A stretch of 63,531 bases of DNA, filler included. It is 5 parts of 5 records of this genome, joined end to end, with 100 filler letters (N's around TTAATTAATTAA, not from the genome) between each part and the next. Parts side by side here need not be neighbours in the genome. Positions count along the whole stretch, not along the records: positions 1 to 7,827 come from DRR723986_6416; positions 7,928 to 22,132 come from DRR723986_6419; 3 more parts are not named here. One strand, written 5' to 3'. Below, piece by piece: positions 1 to 12,031 of the stretch. The translations under genes and the position numbers were made by a program. Under the pieces are notes generated by a model that worked only from the letters and a program-made list of their open reading frames with translations, had not been told where the DNA came from and did not search any database. How positions within the stretch are numbered: position 1 is the stretch's first letter; every line of letters begins with the position of its first letter.

Positions 1-33
1 GTCGTCGTCGTCGTCGTCGTCGTTGTCGTTGTC
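1..33. repeat. (GTC/GTT)n microsatellite encoding poly-Thr at contig edge
   Basis: gtcgtcgtc... directly visible; reads ACG/ACA on the minus strand. Confidence 0.9.
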
Positions 34-3000
34 GTGGTGGAACCAGCGACGAGGCGGCACGCGACGCGGTGGGTGGTCGCGTCCGTGGGGCGCGTCCACT
101 GCAGCGACACGCTGTCCTCGGCCCAGGCCGTGACGACCAGGTCGCTTGCCGCGGCGCGCGGCGCAACGTCGGTGGGCGCCACCGTCAGCGACGCCGCCGC
201 AGAGTCGTCCTGCGCGCCGTGGTTGTTGGCGGCCACCACCACGAACTCGTGCGCCACGCCCAGCGTGAGCGCGGGCCAGTTGGCGGTGTCCACCACCGTG
301 CTGTTGCCCTGGACGACGGCGACGACGGTGGACAGCGGGTCGCGCGGCTTGGCCCGCACCTTGACGGTGTAGTGCGTGGCGCTGGCCAGCTCTTCCCACT
401 CCAGCGCCACCGAGTCGCGCTCCAGGGCCGTGGCGCGCAGGCCGGCCACCGCGGCGCCCGGCACCGCGTCGGTCGCTTCCACCGTCACTTCCGTCCCCAC
501 CGAGGCGTCCTGCGTGCCGTGCTGGTTGGACCCCAGCACGCGCACCGTGTGCAGCCCTCCCGACGCCACGGGCACCACGTACTCGGTGGCGTACACGTCT
601 TGAGCCACCACGTCCAGCGTCGCCCCGGACGACACCGTGTAAACTGAAAAGTGCGTCGCGGTGGGCAGGTAGAAGCTGAGCGTGAGGTTCGAGGCGTGCG
701 TCTCGACCAGGCGCACCACGGCGGCGTCGGTCGGCACCGTGTCCGAGAGCCGCACCACCAGCGACACCGCCCCTCCTCCTTCTCCTCCGTTGTTGTTGTT
801 GTTGTTGTTGTCACCGTCGTCGTCCTGGAAGAACCCGTGCTGGTTGCCCGCCAGCACGCGGACCTCCACCAGCTCGCCCACCGCGACGTCGCCGATGGTC
901 ACTGCCTCCCACGTGTTCCACGACGTGGCCACCGTGGCGAACTCGGCGTCGCCCTCGCAGCGCTTGTCGACGCGGAACAGCGTGGCGTCGGCGGGCAGGG
1001 CGCTGACCGTCACGTCGATCTCGCCCAGCGCGTCCGAGGCGCGCGACACGAACACGCTGTGCGCGCCTTCCGGCGGGGCGGTTTGGGAGATGGACGACGC
1101 GGGCACGGTGGACGTCGGGCGCGCGACGACGTAGCTGCTGGTCTCGGCCAGCACGCCGTGGTCGTTCGCGCCGGACACGCGGAAGTAGTAGTCGGTGCCC
1201 TCCTGCAGCGCGTCGCCGCTCTCCGTGGCGTCCACGCGCAGCGTGCAGTTGGGGCTCGCGGCGCCCACGCTGGCCGCCAGCGTCGTCCACGTCCCCCCCG
1301 CGGCGTCCAGGCGCTCCACCACCGCGTACGTGTGGTCGCTGCCGCGCTGCCACGCGAGCTCCACCCACGACGCTCCGAGCGCTGCGACGCGCACCCGCGT
1401 GGGCCCGCTGGCGGGCGCGGCGGAGGTCGGGGTGACCGTGAGCAGCGTCGCGCCGTTGGCCGTCTGCTCGCCGAACGCGTTGCCCGCCGTCACGCGCAGC
1501 AGGTAGTCGGTGCCGCTGGCGAGGCCCGTCACTTCCACGGCGTCCGTGCTGGCAGCCGCGGCGCTGTGCACCACGGTCCAAGCCGCGGAGCCCGAGTCGT
1601 AGCGCTCCACGCCGTACCGCGTCGCGCCCGGGCTGTACAAGGACAGCGACACGGACGTGGCCAGCAGGGACGTGGGGACCACCACGGTGCTGCCGTGCTG
1701 CGGCGCGGACGTGGCCGGCGCGGCGCGCAGCACGGGCGCCGTCTCCAGCGCCGCCGTGGCCTCGCCGTTGTCGTTGGCGGGCACCACGCGGAACTCCTTC
1801 TCCACGCCGGCGGCCAGGCCGGCGACGACCAGGGTGGTGGTGCCCGCGGAGGCGGCGTCGTCGACGGCGGTGGGCCACGTGAACGCCGCGGCCACGCCGT
1901 CCGCGTGCAGGGACATGGTCTGCGCCGACACCGTCTCGAAGGCGCTCTCCTCCTCCCCCCACGCGTCGTAGTCGCGGTGCTGCACCACGTACGCCGACGC
2001 CGTGGGCACGCGCTCCCACTCCAGCGTCACCGAGTTGAGCCCTACCGCGGCGAGCGTCAGCGCGGGCGGGAACGTGGACGGCACGTCGCCCGTGGGCGTG
2101 ATCGCCACCGTGGTGCCCGACGGGGCGGTGGTCGTGTCGTCGCCCGCCAGCACCTCCAGCGTGTACGCCTGCGACGTGGTGAGCGACTGCAGCGCGATCA
2201 GCGGTCCCGCGGCCTGCACCGCGTACTGCGTGCCGTGGTCCGCGGCGTCCACCACCGTGAAAACCGTGGCCGACGGGTGCGCCACCCACAGCGTCGCCGC
2301 GGTGGCGGACAGGCTGGTGACGAACACCGTGGGGCTGATCGCCGACGAGTCGATGGAGGTGCTCGTGGGCAGCACGCTGAGGGTCGCGGCGTAGCTGGCG
2401 TCCTCCTGCGTGCCGTGCCCGTTGGCCGCCAGCACGCGCACCGTCAGCTCCACGCCGTCCGCCAGGCCCGTCAGCTCCACGGTGTTGATGTCGCACGCCG
2501 CCGAGTGCAGGACGCACGACGTGGTGGCCGCCAGCGCGAACCCGTCCTCGCCGTCGGGGCTTGCGGCGGCGGCCTTGGTGTACACCAAAAAGTGGGTCGC
2601 CGAGCTGACCGCGTCCCACCGCAGCGTGGCCGACGACGCCGTGACCTGCTCGGCGCGCAGGCCGCCCGCAGCGTCGCTCCAGTCCGGCACCGTGACCACG
2701 GTCTTGAGCGTCACCACCACGCCGTCGTCCTCGTCCTCGCCCAGCCCGTGGTTGTTGCCGCCCACCACCCGGAACGTGTAGTCGTGCGCCTCCTCCATGC
2801 CCTCGAGCGCCACGGCCTCTGCCCCTGCCGCCGCTGCCTCTGCTGCTGCTTCGGCGGTGGACCACACCTCGAGCGTGGTCGCCTCGCTGGCCAGCGCCAG
2901 GTCGGTCCACAGCCCGCTGGTCTCGTTGAGCGCCTGCACCTTGTACCGCGTGCAGGCGGGGGAGAACATGTACAGCGACACGTGGTCGGGGGCCAGCTCA

Positions 3001-6000
3001 AGGGGCACCACGCTCGCGCCCGCGCACACGCTGTCCGTGGCCTCCACCACAATGTCCTGGCCGAACGCGTCGGCGTCGAAGCCCGTGACGTGCACGCGCA
3101 CGGTGTACTGCGCGCCCTCGGCGAGGGCCTGGGTGCACGCGGCGTCGGCGCACTCGACGAGGAACGACGGCGACGGTCTCGCGGGCACGGCGGTGGACAG
3201 CACCTCCCACGCCCCGCCGCTGCCGGCGCTGGAGACCTGCACGGTGTAGGCCGAGGCGCGCTCGTGGGCGTCCCACGCCACCAGCACCTTCTCCGAGAAC
3301 ACCTCGGCGATGCGCAGGCCAGCGACGGCGGTCTGGTCGCCAACGCTCGCGGCGCTGTCGGCGGCCACGACGGTGACGCGCGGCGCGGAGGACTGCGCCT
3401 GGGCGCCGTGGTTGTTGGACGCCACCACGCGCAGCGTGTAGCGCGCGTCCTCGGCGGCCAAAGAGGAGGAGGAAGAGGAGGGCACGAAGGTGATGGTGGT
3501 GCCGCCCACGCCCTCCAGCGGGTCGTCGGCGCCGAACGCGTTGCCAGCGCTCACGGTCTCCCACGTCTCGTCCACCGCGCCGGCGGTCAGCACGTCGCTG
3601 GCCGAGGTCTGCGAGAGCGCCTGCAGGTCGAACGCGTTGGCGGTGTCCGAGTAGACGAACAGGCGCACGAGGTCGTCGCCGAGCTGGGCCACCCGCACGT
3701 CGGTGCCGCCCGCGGCGGGCACGTCCTCGGTGGTGCGCAGGCGCACGGTGGTGGCGTTCGCCTCGCCCTGGCACCCAAAGCCGTTGCACGCGACGACGCG
3801 GAAGGCGTACAGGGTGGACTCTTTCAGCCCCGTGGCGACGTACTCGCCCAGGCTCAGGCAGTCCCAGTAGTGCCCCGCCGCGCACTCGACCGCCGTGTCG
3901 CTGACCTCCTCCCACTGCGGCGACACGCTGCCCAGCACGTCCATGCGCTGGACGCGGTAGTACGTGGCGGCCACGTGGTTGTCCCACGCCAGCGTCAGGT
4001 TGCCGTCGTGGAACTCGGTGGCGCGCAGGTTCTGCACGCCGTCCTCCACGGCGCTGCCCGGGGCGGCGTCCGTGACGCTCACGGTCACCACCGTGCGCCA
4101 CGACTGGTGCTGGTACACGCCGCGCGTGTTGGCGGCGCCCACCTCCACCTGGTAGCGCACGCCGGCCTGCAGCGCGGCGCAGGCGGTGTCCGGGTCGGTG
4201 CACGAGAACTCGTACGAGCGCTGCTCGCGGTCGGTGGCCAGCACGGCCCACGCCGCGTCGTCGCCGGCGTCGCTCTCGAGCCGCCAGCGCAGCTGGTACT
4301 TGGTGGCCGTGGGCTGCCCGTACACCAGGCTGATGGTGGTCAGCGACAGCGCCGTGCTGGACACGTCCGGCGCGTCCGAGGTGACGGACAGGTCCGTGAA
4401 CATGGCGTCGATGCGCGCGCCCGCGCTGTCGGACTGGTAGCCCATGTCGTTGCCGCCGATCACGCGCAGCTGCGCCGAGGACCCGCTCTCGGGCACCAGG
4501 TCGCCGCCCACCACGTAGTAGCGCGGGTACTTGCCCTGCTCCCACAGCCAGTCGCTGTCGCTCGACCCGTAGCAGTGCGGGCAGTCCAGCCCCGTCAGCC
4601 CCGCCGTCACCGTCACCCACCCGTGCGACGCCACGAACATCTGCACCTTCCACACCGTGGCGCTGGGCAGGTGCATGTACAGGGCGATGGCCGAGCCCTC
4701 GAGGTGGCGCAGGCGCACGTCGGCCACCTCCTCGTCGGCGGGGCGCGAGGCCGTGGGCCGCACCGTCAGCGCCGCCTTGGCCAGCGCGCTGGCCGTGCCG
4801 TCGAGCGTCTGGTACCCGTGCGCGTTGCCCGCGTCCACGCGGAACGTCACGTCCGCCTCGGGCTCCAGCCCCGTGGCGATGTAGTAGTTCTGCGCCACGT
4901 CCGTCGCCACGTCCGTCCACGTCGTGCCGCTGCCGCGCTGCACCCGGTACTTGGTGGCCTGCGGGTGGTGGAACGCCAGCGTCACCGTGGTGTTGCTCAG
5001 GTCCACCAGCGACACCTCCACCGCCACGTCGCTGGACGGGGCCGAGCCCGTCGGCGTGGCTTGGATGGTGGCCGCACTGGACGTGGCCTGGGCGCCGTAC
5101 GCGTTGCGCGCCGTCACGCGCACCAGGAACGTCTCGTCCTCGGTCAGCGGCGTGGGCGCGGGGATGGCCACGTTGTTGGTGTAGTTCATGGTCAGCACGC
5201 TGGTGGCCACGGCGTCGGCCACCGTCTCCCACTCGCCGGCGGCGTTCATGCGCTCCACGTCGAACGCCGTGGCGCTGGGCTGCGCCATGCGCAGCGTCAC
5301 CGAGCCCGCCGCCACCGCCTCCACGGTCACGGCCGCGGGCTGCGTGTCGAGCGGCGCGGCGTCGGTCGGGGACGCGAAGATGGTGGCACCGTCGGCCGCA
5401 AAGCCGTGCGAGTTGCCCGCCAGCACGCGCAGCTCGTACACGGCGCCGTGCACCAGGCCCGTGACCGTGACCGTGCCGTTGACGGTGAGCGCGTCGCCCA
5501 CGTCCTCGAACGGCACCGCGGACGCGGACGCCTGGCGGAACCGCCGCACGTTGTCCTCGTACGACGCCTGGCGCGCCTGCACCCTGTGCTTGGTGTGGCT
5601 GGGCAGCGAGTCCCACGCCAGCGTGACCGAGGACGCGGTCACGGCGCTGAGCCGCAGGTTGGACACCGTCTCGCTGACCGCGTCCCCGTCGTACGCGTTG
5701 GCGCCGGACCCCGACCCCGACCCCGATGCGGACGCAGACGCGGCGGGGAGCTCGTCCGGCACCGTGACCGCCGTGGTCGCGTACACCACCGTGCGCCACC
5801 GCTCCAGCTGCGCCGCGCCCGGGTTGTCGTTCTTGGCCACCACGCGCACCGCGTACGTCGTGTTGGGGCTCAGCGGGAGCGAGCACGACCCGTCGCCCGC
5901 CCGCGTCTCCACCGCCTCCAGGCAGTCCACCGTGGGGCGCTCCAGCGCCGTCGCGTCGCTCACCACGGTCACCCACCCGTCGCCGTCGCCGTCCGCGTCC

Positions 6001-7826
6001 GTGCCCGTGGTGTCGTTGAGCTGCACGTCGAACGTCGTGGCGTACGGGTTGGACAGCCCCAGCGTGAGCGCCGTGGCCTGCAGGTCCAGCAGGCGGACGG
6101 TGGTAAAGTCGGGCGGCTGCTCGGCCGTGGGCCGGGCCACCACCCACGCCGCGTCGGCGGCCGGCTGGAACCCGTAGTTGTTGCCCGCCACCACCGTCAG
6201 CGTGTACTCCACGCCGGTGTCCAGGCCCTGGACCAGGTGCTCGTACGCGTTCGTCCCCGTGGGCGCCGACAGGCGGGTGGCCTCGCCGTACCGCGCGCCG
6301 TCGGCGCTGCGCCAGCGCACGCGGAAGCGCGTGTGCCACGGCCGCCCCGTCCACCGCAGGCGCACCGACGTCTCGGCCACCGCCGTGGCACGCAAGCCCG
6401 TCACCGAGTCGCACGCGCCGGCGACGTCGGCCAGGCTCTGGAAGTCCGCCGACCGCTCGTACACCTCCGTCACCTCGGCCGCCCGCAGCGGCCGCGTGAA
6501 CACGGCCAGGTCGTCCACCCACCCCACGAACGGCAGGTGCTCTGTGCCCGTGCCCGCGGTCGTGACGGCGCGCTTGGCCACCACCAGCTCGTCCGAGTTG
6601 CTGACGTCCACGGTGCCCTGCGCGCCCGCCAGCGACACCGAGCACCTCGCGCCGTCCCAGTACCCGCGCAGTTCGCCGCCGCCGCCGCTGGTGGTGGTGC
6701 GGTCCAGCACGAGCGCCAGGTGGTGCCACTCGCCGTCCAAGAGGTCCACGTCGGCCAGGTGGAGCGGGCCGTGCGCGGCGCCCAGCGACGCCACCAGCGG
6801 GTCGCCGCTGCTCTGGCTCACGGCAAAGTGCACGCTCCAGTGCGTGCCGTTGAACTCGGCGTAGGCCGCCAGCGCGGAGGGCGACTGCCCCGCCACGGGC
6901 CAGCCCTTGGAGAGCAGGTGCACCGCCACCACGGACCCCCCCTGCGCCTGCGCCTGGGAATGGGCCTGGGCGTAGAACGTGGCCGCGTCCGTCCCGTTCA
7001 CCAGCGCGGCGTGCTTGAGCCACACCGACACGGACCAGTCCGCAGTGCCCGGGTCCAGCGCGTCGCCCAGCGAGGCGTACTCCTCGTCGTCCACCGTGGA
7101 CCGCGTGAGCGCAGCGCTCTGGCCGAACGCCCCGTGCTGCAGCCGCTGCCCGGCCGCGGTGGACGCCGAAGTGTGCAGCGCGGCGCCCGCGACGGTGGCG
7201 GCGGTGTTTCCCGCCAGCGTGGCGTCCGCCAGCGCGGTCGCGCCGCCGTCGGCCGAGTGGGAGTCGTCGAACGGCACGTACACCGCGAGCCCGTCCGTGA
7301 ACGTGGGCTTCATAAAGTTGGTGCCCAGCACGCGGAGCGAGGCCAGGCCCACGGCGCCGCTGTCGTTCTCCGCCGTCGCCGCCGTTGCCCACACCCGCAC
7401 GCGGACGTACCGCGCGGTGCGCGCGCCGGGCGCTTCCTCGGGGGCCGCGTCCGTGTCCCCGCCGTCGTCGCCGGCGAGCTCGTCCACGCACGGCACGTCC
7501 ACCACCACCACCTCGCCCTCGCCGGGGTCGCGGGCGTTGTTGCCCGTGCCGCCCACCACCGCGCGCCACTCCTCGAACTCCTCGCCGTCCTCCGACCCGA
7601 GCACGGTGAAGCGCGTGGCGTGCATGCCGTCCTCCCACACCAGCGCCACGGCGGCCACGCCGAACGAGCCGCCAAGGTCCGCCTGCACGTACTCGCCCGC
7701 GGCGCCGGAAGCGGCGAGGGCCGCCGCCCCGGGGCGCCACGACGTGGTCGGGTCGCCGTCCACAGCGTTGGCGGCGGCGTACGACGCGCTCTCGTCCGAG
7801 GAGCTCGTGGCCGTGGCCGTGGCCGT
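3..7826 (-). CDS. Giant extracellular repeat protein, partial at both ends (2608 open codons): F5/8 type C domain, LamG/ConA-like domain, about 19-20 fibronectin type III-like repeats
   Basis: Exact antisense frame of track ORFs 69..647 and 651..7883; I found no in-frame stop. Manual translation gives ANAVDGDPTTSW...ARYVRVRV (F5/8C), WSVSVW...DGEWHHLALV...FVGWVDDLAVFTRPL (LamG), and recurring L-x-W...Y-x-V-x-V-x-A-x-N-x-x-G units about every 330 nt. Confidence 0.88.
788..810. repeat. (GTT)7 microsatellite encoding poly-Asn within the giant ORF
   Basis: gttgttgttgttgttgttgtt visible; AAC codons on the minus strand. Confidence 0.9.
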
Positions 7827-7827
7827 G

Positions 7828-7927
7828 NNNNNNNNNNNNNNNNNNNNNNNNNNNNNNNNNNNNNNNNNNNNTTAATTAATTAANNNNNNNNNNNNNNNNN
7901 NNNNNNNNNNNNNNNNNNNNNNNNNNN
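7828..7927. other. Artificial contig linker
   Basis: N-run, TTAATTAATTAA (stops in all frames), N-run; 100 bp. Confidence 0.99.
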
Positions 7928-7928
7928 G

Positions 7929-8978
7929 ATTGGCCAATCGCTTGCTGATCTTGGTGCAAAAGTTACCAAAATCGAAGCCCCCGCCGGGGATGACACGCGC
8001 ACATGGGGCCCTCCGTTCATTGAGCGGGATGGGGACAAGACGGCGGCGTATTTCTATGCGGCGAACCGGGGCAAAACCTCGATTGCGATTGATTTCCGCA
8101 CGCCCGAAGGGCAACAGGCGGTGCGCGATCTGGTGGCGGATGCGGACATTCTGATCGAGAATTTTAAGGTCGGTGGGTTGGCGAAATACGGGTTGGACTA
8201 TGACAGCCTGAAGGCGTTGAACCCGCGCTTGATCTATTGCTCCATCACTGGATTTGGGCAAACCGGCCCTTACGCGAAACGCCCCGGGTATGACTTTCTG
8301 ATCCAAGGTATGTCTGGGTTGATGTCGATCACTGGCGAGCCCGATCGCCAACCGCAAAAAGTGGGTGTGGCGGTCACGGATGTGGTCACCGGACTGTACG
8401 GAACCATTGGTATATTGGCCGCGGTGGAACAGCGTCATCGCACCGGCCTAGGCCAACATATCGACATGTCCCTGCTGGATTGCGCAACGGCGATGCTGGC
8501 CAATCAGGCGATGAACTTCCTTGCCACCGGCAACAGCCCGATGCGCAAGGGAAATGACCACCCCAACATCTCACCCTATCAGGTTCTGCCAACGGCTGAT
8601 GGGCACATCATTCTGGCGGTCGGCAATGATGGGCAGTTTCAGCGGTTTTGCGGGGTTGTCGCGCGCCCCGATCTGGCGACAAACCCTGAGTATGCCACCA
8701 ACCAACTGCGCGTCAGCAACCGCGAGGCGCTGACGGAGCAGATCGAACTGGCGTTGCAGGGCTGGACTTCGGCCGATCTGCTGGCTGCGCTGGAGACCGC
8801 CACTGTTCCTGCCGGGCCAATCAACTCGATCGGTCAGGCGTTTGAAGATCCACAAATTCAAGCCCGTGGTTTGCGCATCGACCCCGAAGGGGTGCCCGGC
8901 GTGCGGGGGCCATGGCAGTTTTCGGACGCTGAGCTTGCGCTGGATATGTCTGCGCCCACCCTGCCCAAAGGCGACTAA
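7929..8978 (+). CDS. CaiB/BaiF family (class III) CoA-transferase, 5' partial
   Basis: Frame extends to the contig edge: LADLGAKVTKIE..GDDTRTWGPPF, NRGK, ENFKVG, YCSITGFGQTGPY..PGYDF. Confidence 0.95.
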   Translation: MGQSLADLGAKVTKIEAPAGDDTRTWGPPFIERDGDKTAAYFYAANRGKTSIAIDFRTPEGQQAVRDLVADADILIENFKVGGLAKYGLDYDSLKALNPRLIYCSITGFGQTGPYAKRPGYDFLIQGMSGLMSITGEPDRQPQKVGVAVTDVVTGLYGTIGILAAVEQRHRTGLGQHIDMSLLDCATAMLANQAMNFLATGNSPMRKGNDHPNISPYQVLPTADGHIILAVGNDGQFQRFCGVVARPDLATNPEYATNQLRVSNREALTEQIELALQGWTSADLLAALETATVPAGPINSIGQAFEDPQIQARGLRIDPEGVPGVRGPWQFSDAELALDMSAPTLPKGD

Positions 8979-8994
8979 ACAAGACACCCCAGAC

Positions 8995-9024
8995 AAAAAA
9001 AGAGGCCGCCCGAGGGCGGCCTTT
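8995..9024. terminator. Probable bidirectional intrinsic terminator
   Basis: AGGCCGCC-cgag-GGCGGCCT hairpin with flanking A and T runs, between convergent genes. Confidence 0.8.
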
Positions 9025-9072
9025 GAGTTGGGGGATAAGGCCCGCGCAGGGAGGTGCGCGAACCTTGAGGTA

Positions 9073-10392
9073 TCAGAAAAGAATCGACGGCAGCCAAAGC
9101 GCGATCTGTGGAAAGATGACCACCAGCGCCAAGCCAAAGATCTGCAGAGCCACAAAGGGCAGCGCCGCTTTGTAAATGTCCCCGATGGTGATTTCTGGCG
9201 GCGCGACCGAACGCATGTAGAACAGGTTGTAACCAAACGGTGGCGTCAGATAGGCGGACTGCATCGACAGGATAAACAACACCGCAAACCATGTGGTGTC
9301 ATAGCCAAGGTCCCGCACGATCGGCACGAACAGCGGCACAGTGATGAACACAATCGCAAAATCATCCAAGAACATGCCCAAGACAAAGTAAGTCGCCAGC
9401 ATCGCCAGAATGACGTACATCGGTGACAGTTCGAAATCTTCGATCAGCTCACCCACGATCTGCCCCGCGCCCAGACCCACGTAGATTTTGGAGAAAAACA
9501 CCGCCGCCACGGTGATCCACATCAGCATCCCCATCAGCTTGGTCGTGGTCAGCATCACGTACCGCAGCATGTCCCAGTTGACGCGCCCATGCAGGGCCGC
9601 AATCACCAACGCCCCAAACGCGCCAATCGCGGATGCCTCGGACGGAGAGGTCACGCCCCCGATAATACAGCCCAGAACCGTTGCGATCAGAACCCCGGGT
9701 GGGATCAGATGGCGCAGAGATTTGAGTTTTTCAATGCCGCTAAAGCGATCTTCGGCAGGGGCTGGGGGGCCTAGGTCTGGATTGATCCGGCAACGGATCA
9801 GCACGTAGGCGATGTAGATCCCGGCCAGCATCAGACCCGGCATCAGGCCTGCGGCGAACAGCTTACCGACCGAATCCCGACTGAGAAACGCGTAGATGAT
9901 CATCAATACAGACGGCGGGATCAGAAAGCCCAGCGCGCCACCGGCCATGATTGTGCCGGTCACCAGCTTTTTGTCATACCCCCGCTTGAGCATCGCGGGC
10001 AGCGCAATGATGCCAAGGCTAACCGTGGCCGCCCCAGAAACGCCTGCCATCGCAGCAATCAACGCGCAGATGATGACGGTTCCGACCCCAAGGCCACCGG
10101 GCACGCCGCCCATCAGCTTGTGAATCATTTCAAACAGGTCGTCGGTTATGCCCGACCGTTGCAGCACCAGCCCCATGAAAATAAAGAGCGGCAGTGCCAC
10201 CAGCAGAAAGTTGTCCATTGCGCTGTAGGTGGAGCTGACCAGCAGCTCGAGCCCGCCCGGGCCCCACAGAACAAAGGCGCTGCCGACGCCGGAAATTGTC
10301 AATGCCCAAGCAAGTGGCGAGCCCATCGCCATCAAAGCCAGCATCGACAGGAACATGATCGCCGTAATGGCCAGCGGATCGAGTTCAGCCAT
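9073..10392 (-). CDS. TRAP transporter large permease (DctM)
   Basis: ALPLFIFMG, GGALGFLIPPS, LTPPFGYNLF motifs; start MAELDP after GGAG. Confidence 0.95.
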   Translation of the reverse strand: MAELDPLAITAIMFLSMLALMAMGSPLAWALTISGVGSAFVLWGPGGLELLVSSTYSAMDNFLLVALPLFIFMGLVLQRSGITDDLFEMIHKLMGGVPGGLGVGTVIICALIAAMAGVSGAATVSLGIIALPAMLKRGYDKKLVTGTIMAGGALGFLIPPSVLMIIYAFLSRDSVGKLFAAGLMPGLMLAGIYIAYVLIRCRINPDLGPPAPAEDRFSGIEKLKSLRHLIPPGVLIATVLGCIIGGVTSPSEASAIGAFGALVIAALHGRVNWDMLRYVMLTTTKLMGMLMWITVAAVFFSKIYVGLGAGQIVGELIEDFELSPMYVILAMLATYFVLGMFLDDFAIVFITVPLFVPIVRDLGYDTTWFAVLFILSMQSAYLTPPFGYNLFYMRSVAPPEITIGDIYKAALPFVALQIFGLALVVIFPQIALWLPSILF

Positions 10393-10439
10393 GATGTATT
10401 CCTCTCCGGGTGACCGCATGCCCCCCGCGTAAATGCGCC

Positions 10440-11015
10440 TTACTTGTTGGCGGCTTCCAGAAGTTCCGGATCAATGTCGGTTTCGTCTTCGCCGTCGCGC
10501 GGATCGACAAAATCCACCCCAAACAGCACCAGAACGGCGCGCAGCAATTCAGCAATGTTCTGCAAGATCACCAGCCCAACCGCGACGGGGATGACCGTCT
10601 TGATTGGGTAGATGGCAGGTTGCCAGATGCTTTTGTTCGAATACTCCCGCACAGCCCAGCTGTCGGCGGCGAATTCAACGGCCATTTTGAAAAAGACACC
10701 AAGCACAACCAAGCCCAGCGTGAAAATAATGGTGTCACAGAACGCTTTGCCGCGTGGCCCCATCAGGCCATAGATCACTTCGGATCGGACATGCCCGCGA
10801 TGGCGCAGGGTATAAGCCCCCGCCAACATGCAAAATGCACCGTACAGCATTGTCGACGTTTCATGCGCCCAGATGGTAGGCGAATTGAGAAAGTAACGGG
10901 CGATGATTTCCAGCATCAGCACGGAGATCATACCCAGGGTCAACCATGACACGGCCCGTCCGACAAATTCAGACAGGCCGTCCTGGGCGACCAGATATCT
11001 GGTCACCCAATTCAT
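10440..11015 (-). CDS. TRAP transporter small permease (DctQ)
   Basis: RYFLNSPTIWAHE, GAYTL..GHVR; four TM segments. Confidence 0.93.
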   Translation of the reverse strand: MNWVTRYLVAQDGLSEFVGRAVSWLTLGMISVLMLEIIARYFLNSPTIWAHETSTMLYGAFCMLAGAYTLRHRGHVRSEVIYGLMGPRGKAFCDTIIFTLGLVVLGVFFKMAVEFAADSWAVREYSNKSIWQPAIYPIKTVIPVAVGLVILQNIAELLRAVLVLFGVDFVDPRDGEDETDIDPELLEAANK

Positions 11016-12031
11016 TACAGGCGGCCTTGCGCCTTGGCGTTGGCAACCAGCGCATCAACGAACGCCTTGTTGCGATCCGAGCGCGCGGCCTCTTCGGCCC
11101 ATACATCCTGAGCAGCGACGGTCAGCGCCTTGGAATCCGCGTCGGGCAGCGTTGCGTAAGTAAAGGTGCCCTCGGCGACGCCTTTGTTGCCGTCCGCCAG
11201 CCACTGGTGGATGTCATCGGCAAACTGCGCAATCGCTGTTTCGAGGATTTCCTTATGCTCGTCTGACAGCTTGTCCCAAGCCGCTGGGTTGGCAAGGAAG
11301 GTTTCGGTCCAACCCGGCATCAACATGTTCATAAAGGTATAGTTGGTCGCGGTTTCGTGCAGCTTGAGCTGTTCGTATTCAACCGGGCCGCCATAAATGG
11401 CACCATCGATCACACCTGTGGACATACCGATATAAAGCTCTTGCGCGGGCAAGTAGACGGTTGGGATATCAAAGGCGCTAAGAACTTTGGCAACGTTTGA
11501 TGTCGCACGGATCTTGCGGGTTTTCAGGTCTGCGAGCGATGTGATCGGCTCTTTGGTCAGCAGGTCATAGTTGTGACCGTAGCCTTTGCCCAAATACACA
11601 GTGCCAGCTTCGGCGTAGGCTTCGGTCAGCAGTGCATTCACCTCGGGGCTGTTGAACAGGGCTTTTGCCTCGTCCACGCTGGCCCATGCGCCGGGCAGAC
11701 CTGCTTCGATGTTGCCGATATCAATCTGACCGGACCAGTAACCGCCGGTGCCGTGCACAATATCGACGGTCCCTTTGGAGACAGCATCCGCAAACTGATC
11801 TGAGGCCACCAGCTCTCCGCCGCGGAAATACTGAATGCGCAGGGTGCCATTTGACGCCTCTTTGACGGCCTTGCGGAACTTTTTCGCAATCGGGTCGATT
11901 TCAGTGCCGTAGAACGTGTGAAAGCGTAGGCGCACGGTGTCAGCTGAGGCGCTTGTGGTAACTGCGGCGAGGGCTGCAGCGCCTGCAATCGCGCCCAAAG
12001 CGGCGCGGCGGGTGAATGTGCTGAATTTCAT
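11015..12031 (-). CDS. TRAP substrate-binding protein (DctP, TakP-like subfamily), Tat-like signal
   Basis: TFTRRAALG signal, GGELV, DAVSKGTVD, KIRA, ELYIGMSTGVIDG. Confidence 0.92.
   Translation of the reverse strand: MKFSTFTRRAALGAIAGAAALAAVTTSASADTVRLRFHTFYGTEIDPIAKKFRKAVKEASNGTLRIQYFRGGELVASDQFADAVSKGTVDIVHGTGGYWSGQIDIGNIEAGLPGAWASVDEAKALFNSPEVNALLTEAYAEAGTVYLGKGYGHNYDLLTKEPITSLADLKTRKIRATSNVAKVLSAFDIPTVYLPAQELYIGMSTGVIDGAIYGGPVEYEQLKLHETATNYTFMNMLMPGWTETFLANPAAWDKLSDEHKEILETAIAQFADDIHQWLADGNKGVAEGTFTYATLPDADSKALTVAAQDVWAEEAARSDRNKAFVDALVANAKAQGRL

Noticed and set aside
651-7883. 2410-aa plus-strand ORF and the other long Arg/Gly-rich ORFs (811..2910, 2998..7740)
   Set aside because: Antisense or off-frame shadows of the real minus-strand gene; composition is R/G/V/H-rich with no domain motifs.
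7872-7883. Repeated TTAATTAATTAA as a biological repeat or att site
   Set aside because: Always centred in N-runs of fixed length; synthetic linker.
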